From: an uncultured bacterium | GTDB lineage: Bacteria; Hydrothermota; Tepidihabitantia; Tepidihabitantales; Tepidihabitantaceae | NCBI GenBank assembly: GCA_964412225.1 | Contig: CAYPNB010000003.1 | Coordinates: 58,971 to 122,970, forward strand | Direction of reading: 5' to 3' | DNA length: 64,000 nt | Part shown: positions 56,448 to 64,000 of the stretch, piece by piece | How the letters are laid out: every line of letters starts with the position of its first letter | How positions within the stretch are numbered: position 1 is the first letter of the stretch | Notes under the pieces: model-generated | Seen by the model: only the letters and a program-made list of their open reading frames with translations | The model's database searches: none | What the model was told of the DNA's origin: nothing | Position numbers and translations under genes: made by a program

Positions 56448-57953
56448 ATGGATGTAATTACCGGTTTTATTGTATCACACTCACACAGCAGGCCATTTTA
56501 TGGAAAGCTGGTTGTCGACGAGGGTAAAATAGCCGCCCTGGTGCCAGCTCCTGCGGGAGAAAAAGAACTGTTTATATTCCCGGGATTCATTGATAGTCAC
56601 ACTCATCCAGTAGAAACTGGCTTAAACTTGCTTTTCCCTGACCTCTCCACTGCTCGTTCCGTCTCTGAGATACTGGAGATACTCGCTGATGCTTTAATCA
56701 GGTTCGCTGACTCACCGGTACTTTTTGCATTCAATTTTGAACCCGAAAGGTTAAAAGAACACCGCTACTTATATCGTCGGGAAGTTGACCGGCTAACAAA
56801 GGAAAAGCCAATACTAATTTATCGGATTGACGGTCACTCTGCTATCGGTAATTCCAAAACGCTGGCGCTATTAGAAGGAACGCCCGAAGGGATAGAACTG
56901 GATGGAGCGGGAAAACCAACCGGAGTAATCAGGGGGAAAGCATACGAAAACATCTCTCAGCTACTTAAACGACAATTGCCTCCGGAACTAATTACTGAAG
57001 CGATTACCCTCGCCAGCAGGCTGGCTCTAAGCAAGGGCATTACTACTATGGCAGGGATGGTGGGATTTGATGAAATGACCATGCCCGAATGGGCTCGGTT
57101 ACTGGATGCAGTTTTGAATGCCCCGACAAGAATAATCCCATTTTTACAAACCTGGCAACCGGAAGTCGCGTCTAAACTGGGTTTAAACCAGATTGGCGGT
57201 TGTCTTTTGCTGGACGGATCATTCGGTTCTAATACTGCAGCAATCCAAGAAGACTATGCCGATGCTCCTGGATACAATGGAATACTCTATCGTTCGGACA
57301 AAGAAGTAATTGGTTTTCTCCGTCGTGCGATAGAGTATAACCTCCAGACAGCGTTTCACGCTATTGGTGATCGGGCAATAACGCAGCTGGTGAACTGTCA
57401 CGAGCAGGTTATAAAAGAAGGGTTGATTAAACCGTTGCGACACCGAATAGAGCACGCTGAACTGCTGACAGGTGATCTGGTGAAAAGAATCGGCGATCTG
57501 AAGTTAATTTTAGCAATGCAACCAGCATTTGAAACCATCTGGGGTGGCCCCAATGGAATGTACGCCCGACGGCTGGGAAAACGATGGATGAAAACAAATC
57601 GATTTAAAACCTTACTGCAAAATGGGATTCTCATCGCCGGTGGATCAGATTCCCCGGTTACCCCCCTCGACCCGATTGGTGGAATCCGGGCGGCGATGTC
57701 ATTACCCAATGTTGAAGAAAGACTCACCGGAGAAGAAGCGCTGAGCCTGTTTACCAACAATGCAGCATATTCATTGGGTATGGAAACAAAAATCGGAACA
57801 CTTCAGCCGGGTCTGGAAGCCGATTTTGTGCTTCTGGATGCGGACCCCCGTATTGAAACACACTGTCAGGTTCTCGCTACATACCGGCAGGGAAAAGTAC
57901 TGTGGAAAAAAGAAGGTGAATATGAAAAACCAGGAACTCGCCCGGATATTTGA
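56448..57953 (+). CDS. Amidohydrolase_3 (YtcJ-like) metallohydrolase
   Basis: PGFIDSHTH, LLDGSFGS.TA, HAIGDRA, RIEHAE, GGSDSP. Confidence 0.88.
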   Translation: MDVITGFIVSHSHSRPFYGKLVVDEGKIAALVPAPAGEKELFIFPGFIDSHTHPVETGLNLLFPDLSTARSVSEILEILADALIRFADSPVLFAFNFEPERLKEHRYLYRREVDRLTKEKPILIYRIDGHSAIGNSKTLALLEGTPEGIELDGAGKPTGVIRGKAYENISQLLKRQLPPELITEAITLASRLALSKGITTMAGMVGFDEMTMPEWARLLDAVLNAPTRIIPFLQTWQPEVASKLGLNQIGGCLLLDGSFGSNTAAIQEDYADAPGYNGILYRSDKEVIGFLRRAIEYNLQTAFHAIGDRAITQLVNCHEQVIKEGLIKPLRHRIEHAELLTGDLVKRIGDLKLILAMQPAFETIWGGPNGMYARRLGKRWMKTNRFKTLLQNGILIAGGSDSPVTPLDPIGGIRAAMSLPNVEERLTGEEALSLFTNNAAYSLGMETKIGTLQPGLEADFVLLDADPRIETHCQVLATYRQGKVLWKKEGEYEKPGTRPDI

Positions 57954-59643
57954 GCGGATTGCTGACGCATTGGAATTAAAGGGAGAAACAGGTTTCCGGG
58001 TACTTGCCTACCGCAAGGCAGCCCGGGTTCTTGCCGATTTAGCGGAAGATGTAACGGAGTTGGATAGTCAGAACCGTTTGGAGAGCATCTCGGGAATTGG
58101 AACCGGTATCGCCCAGAAAATCCGTGAATATTTGAGTACTGGCAGAATGAAGAAATTAGAAGAAGCAACTGAAGGGCTTGAACCAGGGCTGTTTGTTCTT
58201 TTGGATATTCCTGGGGTAGGACCGAAAACGGTGCGATTATTACATGAAAAACTTGGGGTGAAAAATTTAGCCGACTTAAAAAGAGTGCTGGATGATGGCT
58301 CGGCGGCAAAATTGCCTGGTATGGGCGAAAAAAAAGTGGAAAACATCTTGAAGGGAATAAAGACCACCGAACATTCCGGTGAAAGGATGTATTTAAACGA
58401 AGCTTTTGAACTGGCAGAGGCAATCGTCAAACATCTACAACAGATTTCCGAAACAAAACAGGTAACATTTGCCGGTTCCCTTCGCCGGGGGAAAGAAACC
58501 ATTGGAGATATTGATATTCTCGCAACCGGCGAAAAAGCAGAAAAAATTCTAAAACAATTTCTCCAATTCCCCTTACTCCACCAGGTTATCTCTGCCGGTG
58601 ATACCAAAGCATCAATTTTCGCCTCAACCAACACCGGCATTCGTCAGGTTGATTTAAGGATTGTTGAAAAATCAGCATATGGTGCTGCCCTGCAGTATTT
58701 TACTGGTTCCAAGGACCATAATATTGTTTTACGGACAATGGCACAAAAGGCAGGTTTGAAAATCTCTGAATATGGAGTTTTTCGGGGGGCAAAAAAAATC
58801 GCCGGGAAAACCGAAGCTGATGTGTATAAAGCACTCGGTCTCCCCTACATTGAACCGGAACTCCGGGAAGACCGAGGCGAAATTGAAGCGGCTAAATCAG
58901 GACGACTTCCTAAGTTAATTCAGCTCAGTGATATTCGGTCTGATCTACACATTCACACCAACTTCTCGGATGGCATCTCTTCCCTAGAGGAAATTGTCAC
59001 CGCAAGCCAAAAAAGGGGATATTCACATATTGCGATAGCAGAACATTCAGTTTCTGCGGGTTATGCTGGTGGTCTTTCGGAAGATGAGATTATGCGACGA
59101 TGCGAGGAAATCGATAAATTAAACAGCCAATTAAAAAACTTTCGAATTCTCAAAGCAGCAGAAGTGGATATTACCCCGGCGGGAAAACTTGACTATTCCG
59201 ACCGAATCCTCTCTCAACTTGACTTGGTTATTGCTTCAATTCATCAGGCGTTTAATCGCGAAGCCACTAAACGCATTTGTTCGGCAATTGAACACCCCCT
59301 GGTTCATATTATCGGTCACCCAAGTGGTAGAATCATTGGTAAACGCCCTGGTTATGATATTGATCTGGACAAAGTAATAGAATATGCCGCAAAGTTTCGT
59401 AAGGTATTGGAAATCAACTCGTTTTATGCCCGTTTAGATTTAAACGATGTATGGGCAAGAAAGGCAAAAGACGCCGGGGTGTTTCTGGCGGTTAACAGTG
59501 ACGCTCATTCGGTTTTGGAACTTGATTGGCTGCGTTACGGTGTCATTACCGCCCGCAGGGCATGGTTAGAGAAGACAGACATAATTAATTGCCTTACAGC
59601 CGATCAGTTGCTGGAGTTTTTAGCTGAAATAAGCCATTGTTAA
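57922..59643 (+). CDS. polX: DNA polymerase X with PHP domain
   Basis: AYRKAA, GVGPKT, AGSLRRGKETIGDID, YFTGSKDHN, DLHIHT, SDAHS. Start moved to ATG 57922. Confidence 0.94.
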   Translation: MKNQELARIFERIADALELKGETGFRVLAYRKAARVLADLAEDVTELDSQNRLESISGIGTGIAQKIREYLSTGRMKKLEEATEGLEPGLFVLLDIPGVGPKTVRLLHEKLGVKNLADLKRVLDDGSAAKLPGMGEKKVENILKGIKTTEHSGERMYLNEAFELAEAIVKHLQQISETKQVTFAGSLRRGKETIGDIDILATGEKAEKILKQFLQFPLLHQVISAGDTKASIFASTNTGIRQVDLRIVEKSAYGAALQYFTGSKDHNIVLRTMAQKAGLKISEYGVFRGAKKIAGKTEADVYKALGLPYIEPELREDRGEIEAAKSGRLPKLIQLSDIRSDLHIHTNFSDGISSLEEIVTASQKRGYSHIAIAEHSVSAGYAGGLSEDEIMRRCEEIDKLNSQLKNFRILKAAEVDITPAGKLDYSDRILSQLDLVIASIHQAFNREATKRICSAIEHPLVHIIGHPSGRIIGKRPGYDIDLDKVIEYAAKFRKVLEINSFYARLDLNDVWARKAKDAGVFLAVNSDAHSVLELDWLRYGVITARRAWLEKTDIINCLTADQLLEFLAEISHC

Positions 59644-59692
59644 TCTTTAATTTGGTAATGCCGGCAAAAGGACAAGCGAAGCCCCGGGAAAT

Positions 59693-60793
59693 TTACCTAG
59701 CCACTTTTATCAACAGAACTCCGGCAACCAATCCGAAGATAATATTGGGTAACCATGCCGAAAGCGCTGGGCTTATTAAATGAGAAGCCCCAAACGCCCG
59801 ACAGGTTTGAATTGTCCCCCAATAGAGAAAGGAAAAAAGTAATCCCAATCCAAGCCCAAACATCACACCGCCCCGACGTAGTTGTACCGAAAGCGGCAAT
59901 CCCAGAAGGAGAACAATTAATCCAATAAGTGCATAAGAAAAACGATAGTGGTACTCAACTTCTTCGCGAGCAACATTCTCCCCAGCTTTTTTCATTTGAA
60001 CAATGTAATTTTTCAGAGTAATAGTAGGAGTCTCTTCTATCGGTCTTGATGCCATTAACCAATCTTCGGACCAATTTTCAAGATTGTTTAAATCCGTTTG
60101 CCTCCGCTGGTTAAAGATCTCTTTCCCAGAAGAGTCAAATTGCCGATAGGTAACATTAATACCTTTCCACCCATTTTTCTCGTAAATTGCTGTCTCACCG
60201 TCGATGCGATAACGAACCCGGCGGTTCCGATCAAGTTCAACAACTAGAAAGTTCCGCATCAAGGTGGGGGTTTCCCCCAATGCAGAAACCACTAACTCCT
60301 GTGTCCAGAGAACACGATTGCCGTCAACCCGATATAGATTTTGCCGTCGTTGCTCCGCCGGTGTAGTGCGTTTTTCAATGACATAACGACGCAAATCACT
60401 AAGTCGGCGATTACAGGGAATCGCAATAAATTCCTGCCACCCAATATACAAGAAAACAGTAGCCACGCCAATTACAACTGCTGGAATAAATATGCGGTAA
60501 ATAATTATTCCGGCACTTTTGAGGGCAGAAATTTCATTATTTCGGGTCATCTGTCCATAGACTACAAACGCCGCCAGAACTAAACTTACAGGATACAGTA
60601 GTATAATTGCTGAAGGTAAACTGTAAAAATAATATCGTAGCACTACTAATAGCGGAGTTTTTCGGGTAGTAAAATAACTAAGCTCCTCAAACAGGTCAAC
60701 GAGAAGATAAATTGTGACCACACTTAATAGCGCGAGGAAAATGAATTTCAACATTTCTTTTAACAGATGGCGGTCGATAGTCTTGATATTCAT
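59693..60793 (-). CDS. lptG: LPS export ABC permease LptG
   Basis: IDRHLLKE, NNEISALKSAGI, LSAWLPNIIFG; downstream of the lptF-like gene. Confidence 0.85.
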   Translation of the reverse strand: MNIKTIDRHLLKEMLKFIFLALLSVVTIYLLVDLFEELSYFTTRKTPLLVVLRYYFYSLPSAIILLYPVSLVLAAFVVYGQMTRNNEISALKSAGIIIYRIFIPAVVIGVATVFLYIGWQEFIAIPCNRRLSDLRRYVIEKRTTPAEQRRQNLYRVDGNRVLWTQELVVSALGETPTLMRNFLVVELDRNRRVRYRIDGETAIYEKNGWKGINVTYRQFDSSGKEIFNQRRQTDLNNLENWSEDWLMASRPIEETPTITLKNYIVQMKKAGENVAREEVEYHYRFSYALIGLIVLLLGLPLSVQLRRGGVMFGLGLGLLFSFLYWGTIQTCRAFGASHLISPALSAWLPNIIFGLVAGVLLIKVAR

Positions 60794-62052
60794 TTTTTAA
60801 TTAACCCTAAATTTCGGGGTATCCGCAAAAGGAATTCTAAAAACGAAAATTCAAAAAAAGTTCGCGCAGTTAATTCCAAAACGGGTAATATGAGAATCAA
60901 ATTTGGCAACCACATCCCGATAAATGGTGTTAATTTACCGCTTTCGGCGAGATTCTCTCCTCCCAATAAAAGGATATAAAAAACAGCAAAAAATATCAAA
61001 CCAACAACAAAACCGGTTCCAATTCCTCCGCGGCGCAACACCAACCCAATCGGTGCTCCAAAGGCGAGAAAAAATAGTACCGAAAAGGCAAGTGATAGGC
61101 GTTTCTGAATTTCGGTAAGCAAACGCGCCATCTCTAATTTTCGGTAACGCAATCTGGTTTTCAATTCTTCTTGGCGAAATCGGGCTACCTCATTTTTAGC
61201 CGATTTATCGCTCAAGGTAGCAAGTTGCTCCTGTAACTTACCGATTTCCCGCTTCATTTCTGTTGCCCGCGCGAAAATCTGATACAGTAACATTTCGTCT
61301 TCAGTGCGATATTCTCGACTTCTTCTTACCAAAGCATCATCTGTTAGAATGTTAATGGTGTGTTGGTGGAAAAAAAGTCGACGATAATTTCTATTGTTAA
61401 CCAATTCGTGCATTTCCCCGTCATAGAGGGTAATAATCATATACTGGTCATCGGGAGTGTAATCAATTTCCCCGCGCGGAGCAGTAATAAATGCAGGAAT
61501 TCCTTTCCCTTGAAGGTGTTGGAATATTAACACATTACCAATTGTGGAGTGCCGTTCATCAATCGTCCCAATGTAAACCATATAACCAGGAAAATCATCC
61601 AGAAAAGCTCGCTCTGCTATCCGTAAAGCGGGTTTCTTGCGCGCAACATCGGTAAGAAGATTTCTAACCCGGTGCTGCGCTTCCGGAAGAATAAATCCGT
61701 TAAAACCTGCCATCACCGGAACAAGGCAAAGCCCTAAAATAAACGCCGGTATAAACAAACGCCAGGAGGGGACGCCGGCTGCCCGAATTACCATTACTTC
61801 ATTGTCCTGCGCCATTCTGCCAAAGGTTATAACTCCCCCGATTAACCATCCTAAAGGTGTAGCAATACTGATAACAAATGGCAAAGAAAGCAGGGCAATT
61901 TCTCCAACCACGATTACCGGAACCCCCTTCCGAACCAGAAGATCAGCAAGGAGAAATAGCCGGTCCATTAGAAGAACAAAAGCCAGCACTACAACGGCAA
62001 ACAAAAGTGCCGGAATAAATTGCCCCAGAACCTCTCGGTACAACAATTTCAT
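60790..62052 (-). CDS. lptF: LPS export ABC permease LptF
   Basis: GRMAQDNEVMVIRAAG, EIQKRLSL, IGMWLPN. Confidence 0.85.
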   Translation of the reverse strand: MKLLYREVLGQFIPALLFAVVVLAFVLLMDRLFLLADLLVRKGVPVIVVGEIALLSLPFVISIATPLGWLIGGVITFGRMAQDNEVMVIRAAGVPSWRLFIPAFILGLCLVPVMAGFNGFILPEAQHRVRNLLTDVARKKPALRIAERAFLDDFPGYMVYIGTIDERHSTIGNVLIFQHLQGKGIPAFITAPRGEIDYTPDDQYMIITLYDGEMHELVNNRNYRRLFFHQHTINILTDDALVRRSREYRTEDEMLLYQIFARATEMKREIGKLQEQLATLSDKSAKNEVARFRQEELKTRLRYRKLEMARLLTEIQKRLSLAFSVLFFLAFGAPIGLVLRRGGIGTGFVVGLIFFAVFYILLLGGENLAESGKLTPFIGMWLPNLILILPVLELTARTFFEFSFLEFLLRIPRNLGLIKK

Positions 62053-62060
62053 TTTAGGCT

Positions 62061-62088
62061 ATCATAACCTGATGACGTTACAAGTCAA
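62061..62088 (-). promoter_or_regulatory. sigma70-type promoter (leaderless or near-leaderless) of lptFG
   Basis: TTGACT-N16-TATGAT, 8 nt to ATG 62052; no SD. Confidence 0.78.
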
Positions 62089-62103
62089 TTTTCATATAAA
62101 ATC

Positions 62104-62138
62104 TTCCCGGGGCGCTTGTCATTAGCGCCCCGGGAAGA
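62104..62138 (-). terminator. Intrinsic terminator-like hairpin after the 62161 gene
   Basis: 14-bp perfect stem CTTCCCGGGGCGCT/AGCGCCCCGGGAAG with 7-nt loop, followed by ATTTT on the minus strand. Confidence 0.8.
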
Positions 62139-62160
62139 AGAAAAAGATTAACGTCTCTTC

Positions 62161-64000
62161 TTAATCAAGCAACACCACTTTAATCCTCGTTTTGGTATCA
62201 CCCGTGGTCACACTCAAAAAATAAATGCCTCGGCTAAGATTTCTCGGTTGCCAAAGGAAAGAACCCGAACCGGCGGATACATTTTTCCCCCGTTGATCAA
62301 CAAGACGTCCGGTAGCGTCATAGGCTTCAATAGTCAATTTGCCCGGTGTATTGGCGAAATAGTGAATAAGCGCCTTTTTCCGGAAAGGATTAGGGTAAAT
62401 TTCGAACCCTTTGGTAAAAGCTAACTCGGAATCTTCTGCCATGCCAACATTAACATTATACCATTGTTGCGCAGCATCGGCATTGGCCCGTAGTGCATTT
62501 TCATCAGTCCCACCAACTACCGCGATTGCAAAACGTTGAGTTGCCCCTGGTTCAATGTTAAATGGTCCAACTGAAGTAATTATTGACCAGTCATAGGGAC
62601 GATTGGAGTTGCGCTGAACGATTGTTCCGTTCAGAAAACGCCACTTCATTCCATCGGTCATCGCTGAGTCTGGGTAGACATAGATTGCGTGGTCAACTAA
62701 ACTTAAATTCCGGAAAGATGCCGGTTCAAGTATTTTGATGCCAACAGAGGGATTGGCCGAACTTGCCTGACGCATATAGGTCAACCGTCGTAATGTATCA
62801 GAATACCCCTGATTAGTAGTAGGAGATGACCCGATGTCAAAATCCATAAAAACACCGGCATGGAGATTATTTACTGTCGTGGTCCCCTCGTTTTTGATAT
62901 CATATACCATTACAATAAAGTCGTCGTATAGACCCGTCGCACTCATATAACTGTTCTGGATCACTTTCAGGTTTTGGGGAGTGGGATGTCCAATATCTGA
63001 GAAGGTACCATAGAAATGCTCATCGCCAAATTCAGGGGGCACTATTGCCCGCAGTGAATCAACTGCCCGCAGATCGTTATTTACCGGGCCATTCGCTGGC
63101 TGGCTGAAATGCCGATCGGCCACATAGGTAGCACCAGTTCCCATCGCAAATGAGCCGTAGAACAAACAACTCGCGGCGGTTTTGGGGTAACAGAACCCAG
63201 ATCCCAGATCCATTGCCGGTGGATTGTCATACCCGATGGATCCAAAACAGGAGACGCTCAATTTGCAATAACCGGTGTCGTGATCCATTACCGCAAAAAC
63301 ATTGGCAATGCGAGTTTGCTGGCGCAATGTGTCGTTAACCGGGTTGAGGTCCCCCGAAAGGGTGGTAAACATCGTGACAGTATAAGTCGCGCCTCCTGGT
63401 CCGGTATTCCACGTAGGAAATGTAACCTCTGTTCGTCCACCTGGTTGCAAAGTATTTGTAATTGTAACCATCTGGTTGTAAATTCGCGTGGCGCCTGAGT
63501 CAATCCAACAGTATACTGGGATGTTGTTTTCCGGATTGGCACCAAAATTGGTAACTCGGGCTTTCGGTTGATAGGCGCCTGGGCCTATGTTAATCCCAGG
63601 GACTATTATTTTAGAAACACCGACGTCATGACTAACTCCGGGAATCCGACTGATAACGGCGCGAATATTAAAGTTATAATCCAGACCGACATCAGCCAAC
63701 TGCTGCCAGCGAATGCCATTTGTGGAAAGAAATCCACCACGATCCCTAACCATCGGCCCAGCATCACAACCAATGGGATATCTGCCCGCAGTATGGGTGA
63801 GTCTAATACACGCCCAGAAATCAGTTCCTGCTGGTAATACCAATGGAGTGGGTAAATTTATCCGCTTCCAACGCATTGTATCGGATCCGGAATAAGGAAT
63901 TGATTCCAGTTTGGAACCGGGGGTTGTATCAGTGTCTTCGCCAAAGATAAAAACATAGTCATTAGAGGACAAATTCCATTGATAAAACAGCACCGCTTTA
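62161..64000 (-). CDS. Secreted multidomain protein (CARDB-like Ig domain plus C-terminal sorting domain), 5' truncated by window edge
   Basis: Frame is open to the window end. HDVGVSKII..D.NPVND; VGMAE linker; FEIYPNPF..GIYFL..KVVLLD. Confidence 0.8.
   Translation of the reverse strand, partial: KAVLFYQWNLSSNDYVFIFGEDTDTTPGSKLESIPYSGSDTMRWKRINLPTPLVLPAGTDFWACIRLTHTAGRYPIGCDAGPMVRDRGGFLSTNGIRWQQLADVGLDYNFNIRAVISRIPGVSHDVGVSKIIVPGINIGPGAYQPKARVTNFGANPENNIPVYCWIDSGATRIYNQMVTITNTLQPGGRTEVTFPTWNTGPGGATYTVTMFTTLSGDLNPVNDTLRQQTRIANVFAVMDHDTGYCKLSVSCFGSIGYDNPPAMDLGSGFCYPKTAASCLFYGSFAMGTGATYVADRHFSQPANGPVNNDLRAVDSLRAIVPPEFGDEHFYGTFSDIGHPTPQNLKVIQNSYMSATGLYDDFIVMVYDIKNEGTTTVNNLHAGVFMDFDIGSSPTTNQGYSDTLRRLTYMRQASSANPSVGIKILEPASFRNLSLVDHAIYVYPDSAMTDGMKWRFLNGTIVQRNSNRPYDWSIITSVGPFNIEPGATQRFAIAVVGGTDENALRANADAAQQWYNVNVGMAEDSELAFTKGFEIYPNPFRKKALIHYFANTPGKLTIEAYDATGRLVDQRGKNVSAGSGSFLWQPRNLSRGIYFLSVTTGDTKTRIKVVLLD

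Noticed and set aside
57760-57921. 54-aa N-terminal extension of PolX in the ORF track
   Set aside because: It overlaps the amidohydrolase gene in another frame; PolX homology begins at MKNQELA (57922), which has an AAGGTG SD-like motif.
559-63895. Many 60-190 aa alternative-frame and antisense ORFs in the track (e.g. 20173-20637, 21771-22331, 57866-58423, 61637-62125)
   Set aside because: They lie wholly within well-supported genes and show no motifs; these are shadow ORFs.

Overview
64 kb of bacterial chromosome, mostly housekeeping genes. The genes point to a diderm organism (lptE/F/G, four secreted proteins with T9SS/FlgD-like C-terminal domains); a WOR-3/FCB-adjacent lineage is my inference from gene content only. 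Main blocks: guaB (5' truncated); acs-OFA transporter-malic enzyme; a C25-family protein; capD and a DUF2723 GT-C; mreBCD-mrdA-rodA-rlmN; a six-gene ferredoxin/SppA/FAD oxidase/LKR/SDH operon; tRNA-Arg-tadA-tRNA-Ser followed by an M6 protease, a 14-repeat propeller protein, nadB and xerD; purM; an EF-G paralog; ispF; thrS-infC-rpmI-rplT; tRNA-Pro; an HDAC/glycosyltransferase operon; rlmD; polX; lptFG. I found no prophage, IS or CRISPR. Most notable observations: (1) a solo 126-aa ORF (16380-16760) whose C-terminal part follows the pattern of the archaeal rudivirus (Adnaviria) DNA-wrapping capsid protein, with no other viral gene nearby; (2) 17 sigma70-like promoters, 14 with a 16-bp spacer, and 10 placing an SD-less start codon 5-8 nt after the -10 box, suggesting widespread leaderless mRNA; (3) a chromosomal dif site at 53297-53324; (4) SppA fused to an NPAGL-type beta-barrel-like domain; (5) a sigma54 promoter on capD; (6) degenerate catalytic or nucleotide-binding motifs in the C25 protein and the EF-G paralog; (7) two probable ATA starts overlapping TAA stops. 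All family assignments are by eye from motifs; no searches were run.
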